A DNA stretch of 64,000 bases, from the NCBI GenBank assembly GCA_963805625.1, contig CAWDVE010000020.1:12521-76520 (forward strand), written 5' to 3'. The notes beneath the pieces are model-generated. The model ran no database searches. It worked only from the letters and a program-made list of their open reading frames with translations, and was not told where the DNA came from. This DNA comes from an uncultured Candidatus Rokubacteria bacterium (GTDB lineage Bacteria > Methylomirabilota > Methylomirabilia > Rokubacteriales > DASRDR01). Positions 27,531 to 35,028 of this stretch are shown piece after piece. The position numbers and the translations under genes were made by a program. How positions within the stretch are numbered: the first letter of the stretch is position 1; the number at the start of each line of letters is the position of its first letter.

Positions 27531-28319
27531 TCACCGGGCGCCCGGGGCTGGCGGCTGGAATCCGAGCTGCCGGAGGACCCCCTGGCCCGCGGGCCCGGTC
27601 ACGAGCTCGATGAAGGCCCGGGCGAGGGCGACCTGGCGCGAGCCGGCCACCACGGCCACCGGGTAGACCACCGGCGGATAGGTGTCCTCACCCGGCCGAA
27701 ACGCGGTGCGGACCCGCGGGCCGGCCGCCGCCACGTCGGTGGCGTAGACGAAGCCTGCGTCGACCTCGCCGCGCGCGACGTACTCGAGGACCTGGCGGAC
27801 GTTCTCTCCGTAGACCAGCTTCGGACCGAGGCGCTCCCAGACACCGACCGCCCGCAGGCTCTCCTGGGCGTACTGTCCCGCCGGCACCGTCCTCGGGTTC
27901 CCGATGGCGACGCGCGTGACACGCGGGTCCAGCAGGTTGCCGACCGCCGTGAGATCGAGCGCCGAGTCCGCCGGCTTGACCACCACCAGGGCGTTCCGCG
28001 CGAACGCGCGCCGCGTGTCCGGGAGGATCAACCCCTTCTGCTCGAGCTCGTCCATCTGGCGGGTCGCGGCCGCGACGAACACGTCGATGGGCGCCCCGGC
28101 CTCGATCTGCTTCTGGAGATCGCCCGACGCCCCGAAGTTGTACCGCAGCGTGAGGCCGGGGCGGCTCAGGGCGAAGCTCCGCCCAACGGTCTCGATCGCC
28201 TCCTTCATGCTGATGGCGGCGGAGAGGGTCAGCTCCTGGGCGCCCACCGGCGTGGCCCAGCCGGCGGCCAGCGCGACGACCGCCGCGAACGCGATGCGCG
28301 CCCGCGTGCTCCAGCTCAC
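27531..28319 (-). CDS. modA: Molybdate ABC transporter periplasmic binding protein
   Basis: 262 aa with a signal peptide. NFGASGDLQKQIEAGAPIDVFVAA, IGNPRTVPAGQYA and VDAGFVYATD are present. Confidence 0.85.
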   Translation of the reverse strand: MSWSTRARIAFAAVVALAAGWATPVGAQELTLSAAISMKEAIETVGRSFALSRPGLTLRYNFGASGDLQKQIEAGAPIDVFVAAATRQMDELEQKGLILPDTRRAFARNALVVVKPADSALDLTAVGNLLDPRVTRVAIGNPRTVPAGQYAQESLRAVGVWERLGPKLVYGENVRQVLEYVARGEVDAGFVYATDVAAAGPRVRTAFRPGEDTYPPVVYPVAVVAGSRQVALARAFIELVTGPAGQGVLRQLGFQPPAPGAR

Positions 28320-28335
28320 GCGTTGCCCCCGGCTA

Positions 28336-29184
28336 TCACTTCCCGACCTCTTCCTCGCGCTGGCCGGCGATCGGCACGAACAGCGGCTGCCCGTACTTGT
28401 CCACGCCGAACGTTCGGATCACCGCTTGGGCCATCGGCGACAGCACGAAGTCGGCGAAGGCCTTCCCGGCCGCGGCGTTCACCCGGGGGCCATTGGCCGG
28501 ATTGACCTCCATGACGGAGTAGATGTTGAGGAGCGGGCGGTCCTTCTCCACCAGGATCGGCAAGTCGACTCGCTTCTGGAAGGCGAGGTACGTGCCCCGG
28601 TCCGTCAGCGTGTAGGCCCGCCGGTCGTTCGCGATGCCGAGGGTCTGGCCCATGCCCTGGCCGGACTCGATGTACCAGGGCGCCTTCGGCTCGATCCCCG
28701 CTTGCTTCCAGAGCGCCTGCTCGAGCAGGTGCGTCCCCGACTTGTCCCCCCGCGACACGAATCGCGCCTCCACGGCGGCGATCCGCTGGAAGGCCTCGGC
28801 CGCAGAGAGCCCCTTGATACGCGCCGGATCCTCCGCGGTGCCGATCACGACGAAGTCGTTGTACATGACCAGGCGCCGGTTCAGCATCTTGCCCTCGTCG
28901 ACGTACTTCTTCTCGAGGGCCGGCGCGTGGGCGAGCGTGACGTCCGCCTCGCCGCGCGCGGCGAGGGCCAGCGCCTGGCCCGTCCCGACCGAGATCGTCT
29001 TGACGGAGTACCCGGTCGCTTGCTCGAACATCGGCACGAGCCTGTCGAGGAGGCCCGAGTCCTGGGTGCTCGTCGTCGTCGACAGGATGAGCGTCCGCGC
29101 GGCCGGCGGCGGAGCTTGGGCGGCCGCGGGGCCGGCGGCGATCAGGAGCGCCAGGGTTGCAAGGACCAGTCGACGTCGCGTCAT
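28336..29184 (-). CDS. tupA: Tungstate ABC transporter periplasmic binding protein
   Basis: ATG at 29184 within track ORF 28336..29481, with a signal peptide. LSTTTSTQDSGLLDRLVPMFE and SRGDKSGTH are TupA-type anion-binding motifs. Confidence 0.8.
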   Translation of the reverse strand: MTRRRLVLATLALLIAAGPAAAQAPPPAARTLILSTTTSTQDSGLLDRLVPMFEQATGYSVKTISVGTGQALALAARGEADVTLAHAPALEKKYVDEGKMLNRRLVMYNDFVVIGTAEDPARIKGLSAAEAFQRIAAVEARFVSRGDKSGTHLLEQALWKQAGIEPKAPWYIESGQGMGQTLGIANDRRAYTLTDRGTYLAFQKRVDLPILVEKDRPLLNIYSVMEVNPANGPRVNAAAGKAFADFVLSPMAQAVIRTFGVDKYGQPLFVPIAGQREEEVGK

Positions 29185-29477
29185 GGTTGCGTTTCCTCCC
29201 GTGGCTTCGCGGAGTTGGGCCGGCGGGCTCAGCCGCCCGGGCGCGTCGGCGCCGTGAAGCCGGGCCGGGCCAGGATCGCCTGGCCCGCCGGTGACCGTAT
29301 GAACGACACTAGGCAGCCGGCGCGCTTCGCGCGCGCCTCGCTCAGGACGGTGAACCTGTAGTGTCGAGGTGCCGAGCGTGACGCCGGGATCGACCAGGAG
29401 CACCGTCCCCGCGCCAAGGGCTCGGGCCGACCGCACGAACGCACGCCGCGGCGCCTCTCGAGCCTCGCCGGCGCCGC

Positions 29478-30401
29478 TCACGCCACCTCGGCCAGCACCC
29501 GGCCCGTCTGCGTCCAGTCGTACCCCCCGAGGCGCTCGAGCTCCCGCCGGAACCGCTCCGAGCGGATGGCCTCGATGAGCGCCTGGATCGGCGGCTGGAA
29601 GAAGGTCTCCTTGGGGATCACGAGGTCGAATCGCTCGCGGGTGAGGGGCACGAACCCGAGGCTCAGGGCCGAGGCCACGGTGCGGGTCCCGACTCCGGCG
29701 TCGGCCTCGCCGCGGAGGATGCGGAGCGCGACCGTCCAGTGGGTCGACACCTCCTCCCGGTAGCCCACCACCCCTGCCTGCTCGACCCCGGCCGCGGCGA
29801 GCGCCTCATCGGTGAACGTCCGCGTCCCCGAGCCCGGCTGGCGGTTCACGAACCGGAGGCCGCGACGCGCGAGATCACTCACCGCCGCGAGCTTGCGGGG
29901 ATTGCCCGTCCAGACCACGAGCCCGAGCTCCCGGTGAAACAGGTTGACCAGGACGACCGGTCGCCCCGGGAGGTAGCGCGACACCTGGGGCAAGTTGTAC
30001 TCGCCCGAGGCGCGGTCGACGAGGTGCGTGCACGCGAGGTCCGCCCGCCCGGCGGCCAGCGCTTCGAGCCCGCCCACGCTGCCGAGGGTCGCGGTGAAGA
30101 GCAGCGGCCGCCCAGCCTCGCCGTGGAGCGCGTCGGGGAGAAGCTCGAGGGCAGGGTCATCGCTCCCAGCCAGGAAGAGGTTTCCTGCCGGGAGCGCGGC
30201 GCGGCCCCGCGCGGGCCGCTCGCCTCCGCGCTGTCGCGCACTCGCCTCCAGCCACTCGTCGAGAAGGTGCACGGGAAAGAGCCACTTCCCGGTAACGCGG
30301 CTCGCCGGAATGCCACCGCGTTGAGCCAGGAGGTAGACCGAGCGGGGGTTCAGGCGTAGGTAGCGTGCCGCTTCGGCGACCGTGAGGAAGCGCGACTCCA
30401 T
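29478..30401 (-). CDS. One-component regulator: excisionase/MerR-like HTH fused to a ModA/TupA-like periplasmic-binding-protein-type domain
   Basis: 307 aa. The N-terminus FLTVAEAARYLRLNPRSVYLLAQRGGIPASRVTGKWLFP is an HTH_17-type motif. The C-terminal 230 aa are PBP-like (NRQPGSGTR). It lies at the head of the Mo/W operon. Confidence 0.75.
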   Translation of the reverse strand: MESRFLTVAEAARYLRLNPRSVYLLAQRGGIPASRVTGKWLFPVHLLDEWLEASARQRGGERPARGRAALPAGNLFLAGSDDPALELLPDALHGEAGRPLLFTATLGSVGGLEALAAGRADLACTHLVDRASGEYNLPQVSRYLPGRPVVLVNLFHRELGLVVWTGNPRKLAAVSDLARRGLRFVNRQPGSGTRTFTDEALAAAGVEQAGVVGYREEVSTHWTVALRILRGEADAGVGTRTVASALSLGFVPLTRERFDLVIPKETFFQPPIQALIEAIRSERFRRELERLGGYDWTQTGRVLAEVA

Positions 30402-30420
30402 CCGAGAACCACGGTAGCAT

Positions 30421-30460
30421 CTTGATCAAATTCAATCAAATTGGATCAAAACCAATCAAC
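30421..30460. repeat. Four tandem, exactly 10-bp-phased AT-rich decamers (cttGATCAAA ttcAATCAAA ttgGATCAAA accAATCAAC) upstream of the regulator gene
   Basis: Read directly from the sequence. The array ends 19 nt before the ATG at 30401. It is the most AT-rich patch of the core region. Confidence 0.85.
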
Positions 30461-30511
30461 AGGACTACCTAGACCAATGAACCCGGTCTAGCGCTGTTCC
30501 GGGAGGATCTC

Positions 30512-30951
30512 CTAGCAGGCCGGAGCGAGAACTCGGCCGCTCAGACGGGGGAAGAAGCGCCCCGCCTCCAGCACTGCGCCGCCGTTGATCCACACCCAGT
30601 GGATGCCGGCCGGGTAGCGGTGAGGCGTCTGGTAGGTCGCGAGGTCGTCCACCGTCCGGGGGTCGAAGATGATCACGTCGGCGACTGCGCCGGGGCGAAG
30701 CACCCCGCGATCGGTGAGCCCCAGCCGGACGGCCGACTGGCCGGTCATCTTGTGGGCGGCGGCCTCCCAGCTGAGCACCCCGCGCTCGCAACCATGCACC
30801 CCGTGGCATCCACCACCTGACCCGCCTCGCCCGGCAGGTCTGCCGCGACGGCCGTGGCGCGCTCCCCGGACAGCGCGACGTCCGCCCGCCGTCCCGGGGC
30901 CCCGGTCCCGTCGAGGACCGTTCCCCCGCGGATCAGCCAGTCGAACGCCAC
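30512..30951 (-). pseudogene. N-acyl-D-amino-acid deacylase (D-aminoacylase) remnant: N-terminal ~55 aa joined out of frame to the C-terminal ~90 aa
   Basis: ORF 30745..30951 reads MAFDWLIRGGTVLDGTGAPGRRADVALSGERATAV...VVDATG, an amidohydrolase N-terminus. A different frame from about 30790 to 30512 reads LSWEAAAHKMTGQSAVRLGLTDRGVLRPGAVADVIIFDP..., the family C-terminus. The ~350-aa catalytic core is absent. Confidence 0.6.
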
Positions 30952-31008
30952 GCCTGGGGTTCTCAGGCCGCCGGGCGCGCTCCGGCGCCGGCAGGTTGAC
31001 GGGACCGG

Positions 31009-31533
31009 TCAGGGCTTGGGCTCCTCGATCTTGACGGTCCGCATCTTGTCGCCGACCTTCAGCCGGTCGACCACGTCCATCCCCAACGTCACCTGGCCAA
31101 AGACGGTGTAGTTGTTGTCGAGGTGCGTGGCAGGGGCGAAGCAGATGTAGAACTGGCTCCCCGCCGAGTCCGGATGCTGGGAGCGGGCCATGGCCACGGT
31201 GCCCCGGACGTGCTTCCGCTTGTTGAACTCGGCCTTGAGTGTGTACCCCGGCCCGCCGGTTCCGTCGCCCTTCGGATCCCCACCCTGGGCCACGAAGCCC
31301 GGCACGATCCGGTGGAACGTCAGCCCGTCGTAGAAGCCCTTCTTCGAGAGGGTGATGAAGCTCTCTACGGTCTTCGGGGCGTCCTCCGGGTAGAGCTCGA
31401 TCCGGATCTCCCCGCCCTTCTCCATGGTGATCACCGCGGTCGGATGCATCCGCTGTTGCCCCTCCGCGCCGCCCGGGAACACCGGAAGCGCCATCACGAG
31501 CCCCGTGAGAACGAACCGTTGCCACGCCCGCAT
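31009..31533 (-). CDS. Peptidyl-prolyl cis-trans isomerase, cyclophilin type, secreted
   Basis: 174 aa with a signal peptide. FHRIVPGFVAQGGDP, GTVAMAR and SQFYICF are present. Confidence 0.9.
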   Translation of the reverse strand: MRAWQRFVLTGLVMALPVFPGGAEGQQRMHPTAVITMEKGGEIRIELYPEDAPKTVESFITLSKKGFYDGLTFHRIVPGFVAQGGDPKGDGTGGPGYTLKAEFNKRKHVRGTVAMARSQHPDSAGSQFYICFAPATHLDNNYTVFGQVTLGMDVVDRLKVGDKMRTVKIEEPKP

Positions 31534-31847
31534 GCCCTGGTCCTCCTCCGCGCCGAAGCGCCGGTCATTCTACCCCATCGGCCCGACCTTCAGCACGTAG
31601 GGAGCCCGTAAGCCCGCGCGCAATCGCGTCATCCTTGTCTGCCGTCCGCCGTCCCCGCCCGCCACGGGGTTCCTCACGCTGCCGGGGCCATTCGCTGCCA
31701 GTCCGCCTTCGACGCCGTCCGTGCCGGGCGGGTCGCCGGTCGGGGAATCGGGAGGTGGGCGGGGGGTCAACGACCCGACCTGAATTTCCCCCTTTCTCAT
31801 TCCGGCGGCGACTCGGGACGGCCGTCTTGACGTGGGCACCGGGCATG

Positions 31848-31868
31848 TTATGGTTGTTGCGACCCTAA
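31848..31868. promoter_or_regulatory. Candidate NrtR operator (21-bp imperfect palindrome TTATGGT-N7-ACCCTAA) overlapping the nrtR promoter
   Basis: It shares 15 of 21 positions with the second site at 32699-32719. A TTGACG box at 31837-31842 and TATGGT at 31849-31854 resemble -35/-10 elements. Confidence 0.5.
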
Positions 31869-31882
31869 CTCTGGAGAACCTG

Positions 31883-32662
31883 ATGGCGACCCCGGTCGAG
31901 GTGTTCACCTCCGAGACAGTGCAGCCCACCGGCGTGCAGGCGTCGGTGGTGGTGGCCGTGGTCATCCTGAGCATCCGGCCCGACGTCGCGGGCCGACCTC
32001 GGCTTCAAGTGCTGCTGGTCCGGCGAGCGGTCCAGCCGTTCAGGGGCTACTGGTCACTTCCCGGCGGCAAGCTCTGGGGAGACGAGGCGCTCGACGAAGC
32101 GGCGTGGCGGCAGCTGGCCCAGAAGACCGCCCTCCGCGCGTCCTACCTGGAACAGCTCTACACCTTCGAGCTCTGCGACACCTCGCGCCAGATGGAGGCC
32201 GCCGTCGTCGCCTACTACGCGCTGGTCCGCACTGACGACGCCGAGATCGCGCCGGGCCGCAAGACGATGGAAGCGGCATGGTTCCCGGTCGCGGGTCTGC
32301 CGGGGGAGCTTGCGTTCGACAACGACGAGATCCTCCACTACGCCCTCCAGCGCCTCCGCAACAAGGTGGAGTACGCCCACGTGGCCTTCCAGTTCCTGCC
32401 GCCGCAATTCACCATGGCGCAGCTCCGCGCCGTGTACGAGGTGATCCTCGGCCGCCGCATCGATCCGACGAACTTCCGTCGGCGCGTCGAAGCCACGGGC
32501 ACCATCGTCCCCACGGGCCGGTTCCTCTCGGGCGGGCGGCACCGGCCGCCGGCGGTCTATCGGTGCGTCGGGGACCCCCTGCGCCTCGCCAAGACCATGC
32601 GGCCCCGCCGGCCGCTCAGGTCCATCCCGGACCCACTTCTCAGCCCAATCGCGACGACGTAG
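31883..32662 (+). CDS. nrtR: Nudix-related transcriptional regulator of NAD metabolism (Nudix-like domain plus winged-helix domain)
   Basis: ATG at 31883 behind GGAGAA, within track ORF 31832..32662. It has a degenerate Nudix fold (WSLPGGKLWGDEALDEAAWRQL) followed by LAFDNDEILHYALQRLRNKVEY..QFTMAQLRAVYE. It lies directly upstream of nadA and nadC. Confidence 0.75.
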   Translation: MATPVEVFTSETVQPTGVQASVVVAVVILSIRPDVAGRPRLQVLLVRRAVQPFRGYWSLPGGKLWGDEALDEAAWRQLAQKTALRASYLEQLYTFELCDTSRQMEAAVVAYYALVRTDDAEIAPGRKTMEAAWFPVAGLPGELAFDNDEILHYALQRLRNKVEYAHVAFQFLPPQFTMAQLRAVYEVILGRRIDPTNFRRRVEATGTIVPTGRFLSGGRHRPPAVYRCVGDPLRLAKTMRPRRPLRSIPDPLLSPIATT

Positions 32663-32698
32663 TCATGCCCGCCCGAGAAGAGCCCTCGTCCGTGCAAG

Positions 32699-32719
32699 TA
32701 AAGGTTGCCGTGACCTTAA
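32699..32719. promoter_or_regulatory. Candidate NrtR operator upstream of nadA (TAAAGGT-N7-ACCTTAA)
   Basis: A 21-bp imperfect palindrome 66 nt upstream of the nadA ATG. It has the same GGT-N7-ACC core as the site at 31848-31868. Confidence 0.5.
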
Positions 32720-32784
32720 CTCAGGCTCCGCAGGCGCCCCTACGGCTCCATCGAATGTGGCCGTGGCGGCCGGAAGGATGACAG

Positions 32785-34092
32785 ATGCCGACCACGCCTT
32801 CGATCGCCGCACGCATCAAGGCCGCGCCGCTCGGCGGGCTCTGCAGCAGCGAGCTGAAATGGGATCCCTTTGCGTACGACGCGGCACCGGGAAAGTCTCG
32901 CGTGCCGGTCTACGGCGCGGGTGCCAGCCAGTGGGACACGATCCCGGTCTCTACGCCCGTGCAAGGCGAGATCCCCGACCGCTACCGCGACATGCCGGCG
33001 CCGGAGGTGGAGCGTCGCATCGCGGCGGCCAAGGCCGCCCTCGGCTCGCGCTTGGTGATTCTCGGTCATCATTACCAGCGCGACGAGATCATCCGCTGGG
33101 CTGATTTCCGGGGAGACTCCTTCAAGCTCTCGCAGCAGGCCGCGGGGCGCCGAGAGGCGGACTACATCGTCTTCTGCGGCGTGCACTTCATGGCGGAGAG
33201 CGCTGACATCCTGGCCGGCGATCACCAGCGCGTGATCCTGCCCAACCTGGCCGCCGGCTGCTCCATGGCGGACATGGCCGATGAAGCCCAAGTCCTCTCC
33301 TGCTGGAAGCAGATCGGCGAGGCGCTGGACCTCGAAGCGGGCGCGGTCATTCCCGTCACCTACATGAACTCCTCGGCGGCCCTCAAAGCCTTTTGCGGCG
33401 AGCGGGGCGGCGTGGTGTGCACGTCGTCGAACGCGGCCCGCGTGCTGGAGTGGGCCTTCGAGCGCGGCGAGCGGGTGCTCTTCTTCCCTGACGAGCACCT
33501 CGGGCGCAACACCGGGGTCAAGCTCGACATCCCCGACGACGCGATGGTGCGGTGGGATCCACGCCGTCCCCTCGGCGGCAACTCTCCCGAAGCCCTGCGC
33601 CGCGCGCGCCTGATCCTCTGGCGCGGCTGGTGTTCGGTGCACGCGCGCTTCACGGTGGCCCAGATCGCCGAGGCGCGCCGCAGGTACCCGGGCATCACCG
33701 CCATCGTGCACCCGGAGTGCCGGCGCGAGGTGGTCGACGCCGCCGATCTCGACGGGTCGACCGAGTTCATCCTCGAGACGATCTCGGCGGCCCCACCGGG
33801 AAGCCAGTGGGCGGTGGGGACCGAGATCAACATGGTCAACCGGCTCGCCGCCGAACACCCGGACAAGCTGATCTTCTGCCTCGACCCCGTGATCTGTCCG
33901 TGCTCGACCATGTATCGCATTCACCCTGCGTATCTGGCCTGGGTGCTGGAGGCCCTGGTGGATGGCCACGTGCTGAACGAGATCGTCGTCGCCGACGGCG
34001 TGAAGGCCGCCGCCCGCGTGGCGCTCGGCCGCATGCTCTCGCTCCCCGGCCCGGTCAGCCAGCCCATGATCGCCGCCGGGGCGGGACGGTAG
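32785..34092 (+). CDS. nadA: Quinolinate synthase
   Basis: 435 aa. ILGHHYQRDEI, FCGVHFMAESADIL, NLAAGCSMADM, TYMNSSAALKA and AIVHPEC are present. Confidence 0.9.
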   Translation: MPTTPSIAARIKAAPLGGLCSSELKWDPFAYDAAPGKSRVPVYGAGASQWDTIPVSTPVQGEIPDRYRDMPAPEVERRIAAAKAALGSRLVILGHHYQRDEIIRWADFRGDSFKLSQQAAGRREADYIVFCGVHFMAESADILAGDHQRVILPNLAAGCSMADMADEAQVLSCWKQIGEALDLEAGAVIPVTYMNSSAALKAFCGERGGVVCTSSNAARVLEWAFERGERVLFFPDEHLGRNTGVKLDIPDDAMVRWDPRRPLGGNSPEALRRARLILWRGWCSVHARFTVAQIAEARRRYPGITAIVHPECRREVVDAADLDGSTEFILETISAAPPGSQWAVGTEINMVNRLAAEHPDKLIFCLDPVICPCSTMYRIHPAYLAWVLEALVDGHVLNEIVVADGVKAAARVALGRMLSLPGPVSQPMIAAGAGR

Positions 34093-34147
34093 GACCCGTG
34101 CCGCTCTCGATCCGCCGCCGGCGGGGTGATGGCCGCGAGGTGCTCGC

Positions 34148-35017
34148 ATGACGGATCCGGGGCTCGTGCATCCACCGCTCCCGCAAGTTCGCGCGATCAT
34201 CCAGCGGGCGCTCGACGAGGACATCGGCTCGGGTGACGTGACGACTGACCACAGCGTGCCCGCCGATCAGTGGTCCCGGGGCGTCCTCCTAGCCAAGCAG
34301 GACGGCGTGCTCTGCGGGGGCCGGGTGTTCGCCGAGACGTTCCGGATGATCGATCGCGCCGCCAAGGTCGAGCTGCTCGTGCCCGACGGCGCGCGCGTCG
34401 GCAAGGGTGACGTCGCCGCGCGCGTCGAGGGCCCGACGCGCGCGCTGCTGACCGGCGAGCGGACGGCCCTGAACTTCGTCCAGCGCCTGAGCGGCATCGC
34501 CACCGCCACGGCCGCGTTCGTCGCTCGTCTCCACGGTCTGTCCACAAGGGTGATCGACACGCGCAAGACCACGCCGGGGCTGCGGCTGCTGGAGAAGTAC
34601 GCGGTCCGGGCCGGCGGCGGTCACAACCATCGCTTCAACCTGGCCGACGCCGTGCTCCTGAAGGACAACCACCTGGCGGCCCTGCGCAGCCGGGGGCTCG
34701 ACCTGGCTGACGCCGTCCGGGCCATCCGGCAGCGTGTGCCGCATACGATGCGGGTCGAGGTCGAGGTGACCTCGCTGGAGCAGATCGCTCCCGCCCTCGC
34801 CGGGGGTGCCGACATCATCCTGCTCGACAACATGTCGAACGAGGAGATGCGCGCGGCGGTTCGGCGCATTGGCGGACGCGCCCTCACCGAGTGCTCCGGC
34901 AACGTCACCCTCGAGACGGTCCGCGCGCGCGCCGAGACCGGAGTCGATCTGATCTCGTCCGGCGCGCTGACGCACTCGGCGATGGCCGTGGACTTCAGCC
35001 TGGAGATCGACGGCTAG
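34148..35017 (+). CDS. nadC: Nicotinate-nucleotide pyrophosphorylase (carboxylating)
   Basis: 289 aa. DIGSGDVTT, LTGERTALNFVQRLSGIAT, DTRKTTPGLR, HRFNLAD..LKDNH and ILLDNM are present. Confidence 0.9.
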   Translation: MTDPGLVHPPLPQVRAIIQRALDEDIGSGDVTTDHSVPADQWSRGVLLAKQDGVLCGGRVFAETFRMIDRAAKVELLVPDGARVGKGDVAARVEGPTRALLTGERTALNFVQRLSGIATATAAFVARLHGLSTRVIDTRKTTPGLRLLEKYAVRAGGGHNHRFNLADAVLLKDNHLAALRSRGLDLADAVRAIRQRVPHTMRVEVEVTSLEQIAPALAGGADIILLDNMSNEEMRAAVRRIGGRALTECSGNVTLETVRARAETGVDLISSGALTHSAMAVDFSLEIDG

Positions 35018-35028
35018 CGCCGCGGGCC

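Noticed and set aside
29478-30401. Calling the operon regulator TunR or ModE
   Set aside because: As I recall, TunR has a XerC/D-like DNA-binding domain with a ModE-like effector domain, and ModE has a LysR-type HTH plus Mop domains. This protein has an excisionase-type HTH plus a PBP-like domain, so neither name fits.
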